From NCBI GenBank assembly GCA_964588955.1, contig CAZPQJ010000003.1, forward strand, positions 42 through 64,041: a stretch of DNA of 64,000 bases. Direction: 5' to 3'. Below, piece after piece: positions 46,374 to 58,806 of this stretch. Position numbers and translations under genes: made by a program. Numbering within the stretch: position 1 is the first letter of the stretch; each line of letters begins with the position of its first letter. Under the pieces are notes generated by a model. The model made no database searches. It had not been told where the DNA came from and saw nothing but the letters and a program-made list of their open reading frames with translations. The stretch comes from an uncultured Gammaproteobacteria bacterium. Its GTDB lineage: Bacteria; Patescibacteriota; Patescibacteriia; UBA9934; CAMTUG01.

Positions 46374-47217
46374 TGTGATTGATACTCACTGTCACGTCCA
46401 CTTTCGGGCGTACAAAGACGACATGGATGAAGTGATTAAACGGACGCTGGAAAAAGGCGTGCGCATGATTACGGTTGGTACGCAGTCGACGACGAGTAAA
46501 AATGGCATCGAAGTCGCAGAAAAATACGACGGTGTGTACACCACCATCGGCCTACATCCCAATCACACTTGCGAGCAGCATTTTGAAGATGAGATGGAGG
46601 AAATTAAAACGCGTTGTGAGAGTTTTGACGTGGAGTATTATCGTGCGCTGGCAAAGCACCCTAAAGTGGTGGCGATCGGGGAGTGCGGATTGGATTATTA
46701 TCGCATTCCGCCGGAAGTGGATCGTGATGCGTTGATTGTGAAACAAAAAGAAGAACTGCACAAACAACTCTCGTTAGCGGATGAACTCAATCTGCCGGTG
46801 GTGATTCATTGCCGCGACGCGCATGCGGATCAGTTAGCCATGCTCAAGGAATTTACGGACGCGGGAAAACTAACGCGCAAAGGAGTCATTCACTGCTTCA
46901 CCGGCACCCTTGCCGAAGCCTGTGCCTATCATGCGATTGGTTTCTTAACGAGCTTCACTGGCATCATCACGTTTCCACCAAGAAAAAGCGAAGGTCCAAT
47001 CTCCCCGCTGCAATCCGTCGTCGCCGACTGCCCTCTCGAAATGATGATCCTCGAAACCGATTCCCCCTACCTAACCCCCGAACCCCACCGCGGCGAACGT
47101 AACGAACCCTGGTACGTACAGTTCGTCGCCGCTAAAGTAGCGGAGCTCAAGGGGATTAGCCTGGAAGAAGTGGATCGCGTAACGACACAGAATGCGGAAA
47201 GATTGTTTGGAATATAG
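46372..47217 (+). CDS. tatD: TatD-family metal-dependent hydrolase. The start is probably the GTG at 46372 overlapping the cvpA stop; the long ORF begins at 46354.
   Basis: (V/M)IDTHCHVHF, GECGLDYYR and VIHCRDA motifs. Confidence 0.8.
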   Translation, partial: NVIDTHCHVHFRAYKDDMDEVIKRTLEKGVRMITVGTQSTTSKNGIEVAEKYDGVYTTIGLHPNHTCEQHFEDEMEEIKTRCESFDVEYYRALAKHPKVVAIGECGLDYYRIPPEVDRDALIVKQKEELHKQLSLADELNLPVVIHCRDAHADQLAMLKEFTDAGKLTRKGVIHCFTGTLAEACAYHAIGFLTSFTGIITFPPRKSEGPISPLQSVVADCPLEMMILETDSPYLTPEPHRGERNEPWYVQFVAAKVAELKGISLEEVDRVTTQNAERLFGI

Positions 47218-47257
47218 AGCGAAGAGAAAGATGGAGAAAGTAGGAGAAAAAGATATA

Positions 47258-47369
47258 GGCGGGGCCACTGTGCCCCGCCAGGGACACGTGTAGAAATAGC
47301 AAGCGCCCCCGGAGGAGAGTTTCCTTCGGGGGCGTTGAAGTTGTCGCTGCCCCCGGAGGAAGTTCCTCC
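47258..47369. repeat. Three consecutive GC-rich hairpins with an internal 12-nt direct repeat (gcccccggagga), located at the junction between tatD and the GC-rich island.
   Basis: ggcggggccactgtgccccgcc; cgcccccggagg..ccttcgggggcg; ggaggaagttcctcc. Confidence 0.5.
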
Positions 47370-47472
47370 ACAACCACGAGGGGTTGCTTGGGGACGCTAG
47401 CGTGCGGAGATCAGTCCCGCGTGGCGTCTTTCGACTACCTCCTTGATCTACGCGGAACCTTGATCCCGCGAA

Positions 47473-49260
47473 CTACGACGAGGCCGGGGCCTCGCCAGGG
47501 GCCTGCTGGATCTCTCCCGTCGCGCGACCCTTGCGCGAACGGCGGGGCTTCTTCTCCGTCACGGGCGGGGTGGCGGGCGCTTCGGGAGCCGGGGCGGAGG
47601 GATCGATCACGGCGATGAGCGCCGCCTCCGCCGCGTCGAGCGCGGCCAGGAGCTCGAGCCTGCCGGTCCCGATCTCGATCGCCGCCAGGCCGTGGTGCTG
47701 GCGCCGCTGGTTGAGGTAGGTGAGGGCCGTTCCCCCGTCCTCCTTTCCTTTCTGCTCCGCGGTGGCTCCGCGGACGGCCTGAGGCGTGTTGCCCCGCGGC
47801 TGCAGGAAGGCCCAGGCTTCCACCGTGATCGCCTCGCCGAATGTGACCGTGAGATCCACCAAGGGGCAGGTGATGAGCTTCTCCGCGGCCTGCAGAAGAT
47901 CCTTGCGGACCTGTAGCGCCGTCGGGTTCTCGAAGTCGGCGTCGGCTGCCCCGTTCCCGCGCATCCACGCGAGCATCGGGTCGTCCTCGACCGGCCGCTT
48001 GAACTTGAAGTCACCGAAGCGCTTGCGCGCCTCCCAGATCGGCACGTCCGTGCCGATCCCGGTGGCCGCGCGGGCTTGCTCTACCGAGAAGACACTGGTC
48101 AGTCGCCCGACCATGTCCGCCCGGTAGTGCCCCTGTTCGACTTCGGCACTCGGACGCACGTTCTCGACGAGCGTGGTCATCACGAGGCCTCGTCGCTCGC
48201 CTTCCTGCCTCGGCATGGTCCACCCCACGGCCATGATGGCCTTGACCGTCGGATGGGTGTCCCTCGGCTCCTCCCTGCCGAGACGGTCGATGATCGACGC
48301 CAGGCGCGTGACGTCGAAGCGGTTGATGGTGACCCCCAACGCGTCCATGGGGGGAACGTTCGGCACCTTGCTCATGTGCGCGACCGTCTTCGGGGCGCGC
48401 TGCTTGAGCTGCGGGCGGAGATCCGCACCGCTGGTGTACGCTCCGACGACTCGTGCCCAGACCGCTCCGAAGGTCTCCATGCGCTCGCCGATGGGGAGGC
48501 TGAAGATGACCGCACCCGGATCAGGAACCACCGAGTCGTTGAGCAGCATGACGGACTTCCCCTCGTATCGGACACCGCGCACCTTCCGAACCCGCCCACC
48601 GTCATAGGTGATCACGGGATCTTCCGACTGCACTTCGCCCACGAAGAGGATCTGTCCCTCGTAGAGCTCGTAGACCGGATCCTCGTCCTCCGGGATCAGG
48701 CGCTTGGACGGTTCGGCCATGATGTTGTAGGCCTTGACCGCCTTCGAGCCGGCCACGATCCAGGGGAGCGCACACCATTCACCGTCGATCTCCCAGACCA
48801 AACAGTCGTAGGCCTTTCCGGGGATCGGCTTGTGGATGGCACAGGTGAGCGCGCGCGCCAGCAAGTGCCTGGTCTCCCCGTCGACATCCATGTCGAAGGG
48901 GGCCACGTAGACTTGCTTGCGTCCCATCTGCCGCGGACCGAAGGTCAGGCGACGCTGGGTCACTCGGTCACCCGGGATCACGCACTTCGACCCGAGCCGG
49001 TAGCTCGCGTAGTAGAGTAGACCCCAGAGCGCGGCGTAGGCCTTGTCCTGGGGGCTCATCACCACCAGGGCGTTCTTGGTGCCCAAGATGGAGTTGGCGG
49101 CATCCTCGATGGTCAGGCTGGGGTTGTCCGCCACCATCTGCCTGGCCTGCGTGAGCTGCTTGACGGTGAGGCCAAGCTTCTTGGCTTCGGCCTCGTCCAG
49201 AGCGGCTTGCATGGCGTTGGCGGGCGTGGTGGAGCGGGGCGGGTTCTTCTTCTGGGACAT
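47473..49260 (-). CDS. Hypothetical 595-aa protein of a GC-rich, foreign-looking island.
   Basis: Long ORF with strongly G/C-biased third positions, unlike the flanking genes. No Walker or recombinase motifs were recognised. Confidence 0.5.
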   Translation of the reverse strand: MSQKKNPPRSTTPANAMQAALDEAEAKKLGLTVKQLTQARQMVADNPSLTIEDAANSILGTKNALVVMSPQDKAYAALWGLLYYASYRLGSKCVIPGDRVTQRRLTFGPRQMGRKQVYVAPFDMDVDGETRHLLARALTCAIHKPIPGKAYDCLVWEIDGEWCALPWIVAGSKAVKAYNIMAEPSKRLIPEDEDPVYELYEGQILFVGEVQSEDPVITYDGGRVRKVRGVRYEGKSVMLLNDSVVPDPGAVIFSLPIGERMETFGAVWARVVGAYTSGADLRPQLKQRAPKTVAHMSKVPNVPPMDALGVTINRFDVTRLASIIDRLGREEPRDTHPTVKAIMAVGWTMPRQEGERRGLVMTTLVENVRPSAEVEQGHYRADMVGRLTSVFSVEQARAATGIGTDVPIWEARKRFGDFKFKRPVEDDPMLAWMRGNGAADADFENPTALQVRKDLLQAAEKLITCPLVDLTVTFGEAITVEAWAFLQPRGNTPQAVRGATAEQKGKEDGGTALTYLNQRRQHHGLAAIEIGTGRLELLAALDAAEAALIAVIDPSAPAPEAPATPPVTEKKPRRSRKGRATGEIQQAPGEAPASS

Positions 49261-49401
49261 GGTGCCTCCTAGGCGGATGTGGCCGTTTGGCCGTTTGTGG
49301 CCTTATGGCCGGGTGATTGGACTGACTGCCGACTTTATATTAGACGGCCCAAAGGCCTAAAAGTCGATTTAAGTCAGCTCAAAAAATTATCACATTTTTT
49401 T

Positions 49402-49444
49402 ACTTTTGTCAATGGCTAATGATGCTGAAGCTATTGACAAAAGT
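49402..49444. promoter_or_regulatory. Perfect 12-bp inverted repeat (ACTTTTGTCAAT ... ATTGACAAAAGT), a candidate operator in the AT-rich divergent promoter region of the GC-rich island.
   Basis: Each arm contains TTGACA. The region 49300-49576 is AT-rich and sits between two divergently oriented GC-rich genes. Confidence 0.5.
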
Positions 49445-49576
49445 GTATTTTTATGCTAGTTTTTTAAGTCGGTTTTTCGTTGCTGGACAGTTAAAAACAG
49501 CTCGAAACGCCGTAGAGTTTCTGTTCACAGATCGATTCTGATCCACCCGCATCTTCAAACTGCCCAAGGAGGCACC

Positions 49577-50785
49577 ATGGCACTTTCCATCGACCAGGCC
49601 GCTGATCTCTTTGTTAATGCCTTCACGAACCCCGTCAAGCCGCTCACCCGCGGGGAGGTCGGGGAGCTGAAGGTACACATCAACGAGGCCGGGCGGGTGA
49701 TCCGGGGGGAGATCGGGAACACCCCGTTCTTCGACGCGATCCTCGCTATTCCTGCAATGGACGAGGCCATGCAGCTCCTGAGCGATCTCGCCCAGGCCAC
49801 CGACGACCTCCAGCGGGGGACGATTCTTGCCGGGAAACCGGCAAACGTCGTCACTAACGCCGGAAAGTTCTTCAAGGTGGCCACGCCGGCGGCCGCACCC
49901 CCCGCGACTCACGGACCGGCACCTGGTGCCCCTCCCGTGGCCGTGCCTCCGGTTCCGCCCGGAATCGGTGGGCCGGTTCCTCCCACTCCGCCCGCTCCGG
50001 CCAACCCGCCCGCAGGAGCACCGGCCCCGGCACCGGCACCGGCACCGGCACCGGCACCGGCACCGGCACCGGCACCGGCACCGGCCAACCCCGCACCCAC
50101 TGGGGCACCGACCGGTGGGGCGACGAGGCGTGCCTTCTCCCGTCTAGGAGCGAGGGTCGTCGCACAAGGAGGCGCGAGTCCGGTGCCCGTGGCCGCCCCG
50201 GCCGCGGTCGTCGCGGCGACGCCTGTCGCAGTCGCAACCCCTGCGGCGGCAACGGTCGCGGCAGCCACCCCGGTCGCCGCAACCACACCGGCTCCGGCGA
50301 CCACCCCGGTCGCAGGAACACCGGCAGCGGCGGCCGTCGTGGCGTCCTCCGCGCCCTCTCAGGGACGGAGCTGGTGGATGTGGGGCTTCCTCGGCCTCGC
50401 AGCCATCGGCCTCGTCGTCTGCTGCGGTGGGGGAGGAGTCTGGGGCTACCGCTCCTTCTTCTCCGGCAACGGGGAGAAGGTCGAGGCTGCGACCGAGGCT
50501 CACGCCGAAGTCAAGGTCAAGCCCTCCGAGATCAAGGGGGACGGGACGGTCGCGCTCGAGGCGGTCCCGATCGAGACGCTCGCTGCGACCGTCGCGGGCA
50601 AGGAAAACCTCTGCAACCTCTGCAAGGAGGGAGCGGAGGCGCCCGATCCCGCCTGTCCGAGCCAGGATCTTGGTCCCGCGGCCTGCGCGGCCATCCAGGA
50701 CATCTGCGACCAGTGCGAGGATCACCGCACCTACTGGAAGCGATGTGACGCCATCATCCGGCGTCACATCAACAACCTCCGGTAG
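49577..50785 (+). CDS. Hypothetical membrane protein: an N-terminal domain, a Pro/Ala-rich linker, one TM helix and a Cys-rich C-terminal domain.
   Basis: (PA)n low-complexity region; TM WWMWGFLGLAAIGLVVCCGGGGVWGY; the C-terminus reads CNLCKEG...CPSQDLGPAACAAIQDICDQCEDH. Confidence 0.5.
   Translation: MALSIDQAADLFVNAFTNPVKPLTRGEVGELKVHINEAGRVIRGEIGNTPFFDAILAIPAMDEAMQLLSDLAQATDDLQRGTILAGKPANVVTNAGKFFKVATPAAAPPATHGPAPGAPPVAVPPVPPGIGGPVPPTPPAPANPPAGAPAPAPAPAPAPAPAPAPAPAPANPAPTGAPTGGATRRAFSRLGARVVAQGGASPVPVAAPAAVVAATPVAVATPAAATVAAATPVAATTPAPATTPVAGTPAAAAVVASSAPSQGRSWWMWGFLGLAAIGLVVCCGGGGVWGYRSFFSGNGEKVEAATEAHAEVKVKPSEIKGDGTVALEAVPIETLAATVAGKENLCNLCKEGAEAPDPACPSQDLGPAACAAIQDICDQCEDHRTYWKRCDAIIRRHINNLR
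50020..50078 (+). repeat. Hexanucleotide microsatellite (GGCACC)n, about 9 units, encoding (PA)n.
   Basis: Visible tandem run ccggcaccggcaccggcacc... lying in-frame within the CDS. Confidence 0.8.
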
Positions 50786-50853
50786 GGACAATTCACGAAT
50801 TGTCCAAGGAGACCCGGGCTCCCTCCGCTTTCGGAGCCCACAACACGCGTGAA

Positions 50854-50898
50854 CGCCGGCCAGGGTCAACTCCCTCGGCCGGCGATCGCTTTTTATTT
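50854..50898 (+). terminator. Intrinsic terminator closing the GC-rich island on the plus strand.
   Basis: An 8-bp GC stem (cgccggcc ... ggccggcg) followed by ctttttattt. Confidence 0.6.
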
Positions 50899-50937
50899 CA
50901 CTTTTCTCATATTTTCTCCTATTTTTTCTTTTTTCCC

Positions 50938-50966
50938 TTGACCCCACCCTCTATTTCCTCTATACT
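50938..50966 (+). promoter_or_regulatory. Sigma70-like promoter of the ATP synthase operon.
   Basis: TTGACC (50938-50943), a 17-nt spacer and TATACT (50961-50966), lying 40 nt upstream of atpZ. Confidence 0.6.
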
Positions 50967-51006
50967 TTGGCCGCAATTGTGAACCTTGAATTAACGCAAA
51001 AAAGCT

Positions 51007-51249
51007 GTGGATAACTACCGAAAAATCTACGCCTTTGCTTTCAAAACTTTTGGAGATTTCGGCATCACGATTGCTGTGCCAGCGGTTTTGGCAGCTCTAG
51101 GAGGAAAGTGGTTGGACGCTCGTTTTATGACAGGGAAGCGTTATACCGCCATCCTTCTCGTCCTCGCGTTCGCCTTAACGGCTTACATCATTGTCAAAAA
51201 AGTGAAAGAATACGGTCGCGCTTACAGTCAATTGTTTGAAAAGAACTAG
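51007..51249 (+). CDS. atpZ: AtpZ/AtpI-like small membrane protein of the ATP synthase operon.
   Basis: 80 aa and 2 TM, positioned immediately upstream of atpB. Confidence 0.5.
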   Translation: MDNYRKIYAFAFKTFGDFGITIAVPAVLAALGGKWLDARFMTGKRYTAILLVLAFALTAYIIVKKVKEYGRAYSQLFEKN

Positions 51250-51251
51250 TT

Positions 51252-52321
<1,070 letters not shown>

Positions 52322-52330
52322 TCGGAAATT

Positions 52331-52867
52331 ATGTCCGCAGAAGTAAAGGCTGCAGCCGAGGCAGTAGAAGCCACGGGCGGTATCGCCGCCTTGGGGCTTA
52401 ATGCCAAAATCTTCGTCGCACAGTTGATCAACTTCACGGTTGTTCTGCTTGTGCTTTGGAAATGGGCGTATCGACCGATCGTCAAATTGTTGGAAGAGCG
52501 TCAAACCAAGATTGAGAAGTCGGTCAAAGGCGCGGAAGAAATTGAAGAACGATTGAAGGCTTCGGCTCAAGATCGTGAAGCAATGTTGCGTGAGGCCAAG
52601 GCCGAGGCGCAAAAGGTTCTTGATGAAGCGATGGCTTCCGCGGAAGAACGCAAAGCCGAAATGGTTGCTGCTGCCAAGCGCGAAGTGGAACGCGTGATCA
52701 TGCAAGGCAAAACCCAGCTTGCTCAAGAACGCGAAGCTATGGTACGCGAGGCACGCAAGGATTTGGTGGAAGTCGCTTTGTCTGCCACCAAACGCATTAT
52801 CGGTGAAGAGATCAACGAGAAGAAGGCAACCTCGCTCGCTGAAGAGGTTGTTCGCAAAATGACCTAA
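52331..52867 (+). CDS. atpF: F0F1 ATP synthase subunit b.
   Basis: N-terminal TM plus a long charged coiled coil. Confidence 0.8.
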   Translation: MSAEVKAAAEAVEATGGIAALGLNAKIFVAQLINFTVVLLVLWKWAYRPIVKLLEERQTKIEKSVKGAEEIEERLKASAQDREAMLREAKAEAQKVLDEAMASAEERKAEMVAAAKREVERVIMQGKTQLAQEREAMVREARKDLVEVALSATKRIIGEEINEKKATSLAEEVVRKMT

Positions 52868-52868
52868 T

Positions 52869-53255
52869 ATGAAACTCACAGCACGACAATACGCAAGCGC
52901 CCTCATGACCATGACGGATGGAAAAACCGGCAAAGCGTTGGAGTCGGCTGTGAGTCAGTTCGCCGGAGAGCTTCAGGAACGACATGAGCTCTCCCGCTGG
53001 CGCGAGATCGTGCGCGCTTTCGACAATGCCTGGCGCCGCAAACATGGCGCGGCAACGGTGAAGCTGACAACCGCGTTTGCTCCATCAAAAACAATGCTCG
53101 AGGACGTAGAAAAAGCTTATCCGAACGCTTCCATCACCCATGAGGTGAAAGAAGAACTGGTTGGAGGAGCTGTTCTGCAAGTCGATGACCGTCTGTTTGA
53201 CGGAAGTGTGTCTGGGCAACTGTCGAAACTGCATGATCAATTGATCGGAAACTAA
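52869..53255 (+). CDS. atpH: F0F1 ATP synthase subunit delta (short, 128 aa).
   Basis: Its position between atpF and atpA and its OSCP-like C-terminal half. Confidence 0.7.
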   Translation: MKLTARQYASALMTMTDGKTGKALESAVSQFAGELQERHELSRWREIVRAFDNAWRRKHGAATVKLTTAFAPSKTMLEDVEKAYPNASITHEVKEELVGGAVLQVDDRLFDGSVSGQLSKLHDQLIGN

Positions 53256-53268
53256 CCGTAACTCTACT

Positions 53269-54771
53269 ATGTCTAAAGATGCAATTATTGACGCGTTAAA
53301 ATCTCAAGTCGCTTCGTTCGAACGCGATGCGAAATCAGAAACAGTCGGCAAGGTGCTTACGATCGGTGACGGTATTGCACGACTCAGTGGTCTCTCTAAC
53401 GTGAAAGCGTCGGAGATGTTGGAGTTTCCGGGCGGCGTGATCGGTGTGACCTTAAACTTGGAAGAAGAAACGGTCGGAGCCATTTTGCTCGGCGACTACG
53501 CGCACATTAAAGAAGGGGACACCGTGAAATCGACCGGACAAGTATTGTCGATTGCGGTTGGAGATGAATTAATCGGACGCGTGGTCAACGGTGTTGGTGA
53601 ACCGATTGATGGCAAAGGAGCTATTGTTTCCAAAAAGCGCATGAACGTGGAGCGTGTTGCACCGGGCGTGATGCAGCGCCAGCCCGTCGATACTCCGTTA
53701 CAGACCGGTATCAAAGCTATTGACGCCATGATCCCGATCGGACGCGGTCAGCGCGAGTTGATTATCGGAGACCGCCAAACGGGTAAAACAGCCGTGGCCG
53801 TGGACGCCATCATCAACCAGAAAGGCCTTGGCGTGAAATGCATCTACGTGGCTATTGGCCAGAAAGAATCCAAAGTAGCCAAGATCGTTGCCAAGCTCGA
53901 AGAAGCGGGAGCGATGGAATACACCACGGTCGTTGTTGCTGGCGCATCGGATCCGGCTGCTATGAGTTACATCGCTCCTTACGTTGGATGCACCATTGGT
54001 GAATACTTCATGGAAAAAGGAGAAGACGCTCTTGTTGTTTACGATGATTTGTCCAAGCATGCTTGGGCGTATCGCGAAGTTTCGCTGTTGCTCCGCCGCC
54101 CGCCGGGTCGCGAGGCGTATCCGGGGGACGTGTTTTACTTGCACTCACGTTTGCTTGAACGTGCCGCACGCTTGAACCAAGAGTTGGGCGGAGGATCGCT
54201 GACCGCCTTGCCGATCATCGAAACTCAAGCAGGTGACGTTTCTGCCTACATTCCAACGAACGTTATTTCCATTACGGATGGTCAGATTTTCTTGGAGAGC
54301 GACTTGTTCTACAAGGGTATTCGCCCGGCCTTGAACGTGGGTATTTCTGTTTCGCGTGTGGGTTCGGCTGCGCAAACCAAAGCCATGAAAAAAGTTTCTG
54401 GAAAGATGCGTTTGGACTTGGCGCAGTTCCGTGAGTTGGAAGCCTTCTCGCAATTTGCTACGGATTTGGACGAAGCCACGCGCAAGCAAATTGAACGTGG
54501 TCGCCGTACGGTGGAGTTGTTGAAACAAGGTCAGTACTCGCCGATGCCGTTTGAAGAACAGGTGGTGGTGATTTTCGCTGTGACCAACGGAATGCTCGAC
54601 GCGGTTCCAGCGGAGAAGATTCGCGAATGGGAAGCAAGCTACCTGCACTTTGTGAAAACGCAGCCAGGTGATTTGTTGAAGACGATTCGCGAGAGCGCCA
54701 AATTGGAAGATGCAACGGTGGAAGCATTGAAAGCTTCTATTCAGGAACACGTTAAACAGTTCGTTGGTTAA
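53269..54771 (+). CDS. atpA: F0F1 ATP synthase subunit alpha.
   Basis: Walker A GDRQTGKT and many conserved alpha-subunit blocks. Confidence 0.95.
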   Translation: MSKDAIIDALKSQVASFERDAKSETVGKVLTIGDGIARLSGLSNVKASEMLEFPGGVIGVTLNLEEETVGAILLGDYAHIKEGDTVKSTGQVLSIAVGDELIGRVVNGVGEPIDGKGAIVSKKRMNVERVAPGVMQRQPVDTPLQTGIKAIDAMIPIGRGQRELIIGDRQTGKTAVAVDAIINQKGLGVKCIYVAIGQKESKVAKIVAKLEEAGAMEYTTVVVAGASDPAAMSYIAPYVGCTIGEYFMEKGEDALVVYDDLSKHAWAYREVSLLLRRPPGREAYPGDVFYLHSRLLERAARLNQELGGGSLTALPIIETQAGDVSAYIPTNVISITDGQIFLESDLFYKGIRPALNVGISVSRVGSAAQTKAMKKVSGKMRLDLAQFRELEAFSQFATDLDEATRKQIERGRRTVELLKQGQYSPMPFEEQVVVIFAVTNGMLDAVPAEKIREWEASYLHFVKTQPGDLLKTIRESAKLEDATVEALKASIQEHVKQFVG

Positions 54772-54774
54772 GAT

Positions 54775-57038
<2,264 letters not shown>

Positions 57039-57160
57039 AATGGCGAGCTGCTTGGGCTTCGCATCGTCGAGTACTCAACGTAGATGTCCTACGTCTCGCA
57101 CTCTCCTCGCTCCAGCCCGTCGCATCTCATCCATTTTCTGCATTTTGCCAATCCAATCCT

Positions 57161-57613
57161 ATGTCGCATTTGAACTTAAAAATCGTCACTCCCGAACGGG
57201 TGGTCTACGAGGCCGTGGTTGATTCGGTGACCGTGCCGACAACGAGTGGGGAAGTGACCATTCTCAAAAATCACATTCCGCTGGTTTCCAAAATCCAGGC
57301 TGGAGAGATTCGTACCAAAATTGGCAGCGAAGAGCATTTGCTCGCCGTCTCCACCGGATTTTTGGAAGTGCGTCCAGGAAACGAAGTGGTGATTTTGGCA
57401 GATACGGCAGAGCGTGCCGATGAGCTTGATTTGAAAAAGATTGAAGAGGCACGTGAGTTGGCTCGTAAGACGATGGAAGAAAAACGCCACGTCGACGACG
57501 AATCCTTCGCCGCTGCCGCAGCGGCCATGGAACGTGAATTGGCTCGCTACAAAGTGGCCATGAAGCGCAAAGGCCGCTCGATGACTATTGATCAGCAAGA
57601 TCGGGAGAACTAG
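57161..57613 (+). CDS. atpC: F0F1 ATP synthase subunit epsilon.
   Basis: LNLKIVTPERVVYEAVVDSVTVPTTSGEVTIL, a typical epsilon beta-sandwich, plus a C-terminal helical hairpin. Confidence 0.85.
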   Translation: MSHLNLKIVTPERVVYEAVVDSVTVPTTSGEVTILKNHIPLVSKIQAGEIRTKIGSEEHLLAVSTGFLEVRPGNEVVILADTAERADELDLKKIEEARELARKTMEEKRHVDDESFAAAAAAMERELARYKVAMKRKGRSMTIDQQDREN

Positions 57614-57641
57614 ACCAAGCCGCAATATTTATTGTCAAAAT

Positions 57642-57665
57642 CACGCTGTAACGGCGTGTTTTTGG
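57642..57665 (+). terminator. Intrinsic terminator of the atp operon.
   Basis: cacgc tgtaacg gcgtg followed by tttttgg, lying 29 nt after the atpC stop. Confidence 0.5.
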
Positions 57666-57685
57666 CTTATGTTGGCCTAATACGA

Positions 57686-57715
57686 TTGACAAAACCGGTT
57701 TTTTATGCTATATTT
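57686..57715 (+). promoter_or_regulatory. Sigma70-like promoter for the acidic lipoprotein gene.
   Basis: TTGACA (57686-57691), an 18-nt spacer, then TATATT (57710-57715). Confidence 0.5.
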
Positions 57716-57785
57716 TCTCCTCCGCAAACGCGCGGAAAATGGTACCATCAACGTGTCCAACCCCCTATCGAGAGGAGATACCACC

Positions 57786-58643
57786 ATGCTTTTCAGTACC
57801 CTGTTCCTGGTTGCTTGCAGCGAGAACAACATCATCGTGCAGGAGTCCAGCTCGAAGGTCGATGACCCCAAGAACGTCGAGGGCTACACCGAGGTGTACG
57901 TTCCGACGCAATCGACCACCGACACCGATCCGTCGGGTGTTGGCACCATGGACGTGCCGGAAGACTCCAACCCGGACGGCGTCGAGACCGACACCGACAC
58001 CGACACCGGCACCGACCTTGAACCGACCGAGGATCCCTGCGCCACCACGCAAGTGATCTCCACCGGCCTCTGGGACGACACCGACGGCGATGGAGACCGT
58101 GAGCTTGTGTACGCGGAAGTGTACGCCAAGCCGATCTTCTCCCACCTGGGCGAGGATGCAATGGAGGTCACCCAGGGTGAGGAGTCGCCGTTCGACCTGG
58201 TTGTCACCAACCAGTGCTCGGCGATCCGCATCTGGAACTTGTTCTACCTGATCGACGACGACGACCTGGACGGGGAGGGGTGGCTCTACGACATCAACGA
58301 GGAGCGCATGGAGGCCGGCTACCTCTCGGAGTACTCCACCGGCGAGGAGTTCTCCCCGATCGCGGCCATCAACCTCGACTGGGGAACGACTTCCGATGAG
58401 CTCCAGTACGAATGGTGTTCCGAAGATGTCGGCACCAGCCCCTGCACCGACATGGGCGACCCCCGCGAGATCGGCGCGGACGAGACGGAGTTGTATCCGT
58501 TCGAGTTCACCGCGACGGACTACGCGCCTGTCGGCACCATCTTCCAGGAGATGATCGTTTCCGTCGTCTGGGAGGACGTCGCCACTGGCACGGTCGTGTG
58601 GGACTACTCGTACGACATCGTCGACGTCACCGTCGTCGAGTAG
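57786..58643 (+). CDS. Highly acidic Asp/Thr/Glu-rich lipoprotein encoded by a GC-rich gene.
   Basis: Lipobox LFLVACS, a DTDTDTGTD repeat, and numerous D/E runs. Codon GC is clearly higher than in the adjacent atp genes. Confidence 0.5.
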   Translation: MLFSTLFLVACSENNIIVQESSSKVDDPKNVEGYTEVYVPTQSTTDTDPSGVGTMDVPEDSNPDGVETDTDTDTGTDLEPTEDPCATTQVISTGLWDDTDGDGDRELVYAEVYAKPIFSHLGEDAMEVTQGEESPFDLVVTNQCSAIRIWNLFYLIDDDDLDGEGWLYDINEERMEAGYLSEYSTGEEFSPIAAINLDWGTTSDELQYEWCSEDVGTSPCTDMGDPREIGADETELYPFEFTATDYAPVGTIFQEMIVSVVWEDVATGTVVWDYSYDIVDVTVVE

Positions 58644-58806
58644 TCGGTTCAACCATCAGATCGGGTCTCTCGCGCACCCCGGCGAACGCATCGCCTTCGG
58701 GTGCGTTCTGCTTTTAGGGCCTTTTTGACGGCTTTTCGTGAGCTCTTTTTTGATGTAAAATGCTGCTGCGAGAGATTGCTTCGCATGCGCTCGCAAAGAC
58801 AAGAAT

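Noticed and set aside
50020-50078. Tandem (GGCACC)n run as a possible CRISPR array.
   Set aside because: The unit length is 6 nt with no spacers, and the run is in-frame inside a CDS encoding (PA)n. It is a coding microsatellite.
47435-50947. Numerous long overlapping ORFs in every frame of the GC-rich island (e.g. 48076..49020 +, 47607..48014 -, 49872..50321 -, 50144..50947 -).
   Set aside because: High GC depletes stop codons in all frames. Only the two longest ORFs have an ATG start at a plausible distance from the AT-rich promoter region. The others are Arg/Pro/Gly-rich low-complexity translations.
57765-58652. 295-aa minus-strand ORF antisense to the acidic lipoprotein gene.
   Set aside because: Arg/Gly/Val-rich low-complexity translation of a GC-rich region. 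The plus-strand gene has a promoter, lipobox and terminator.
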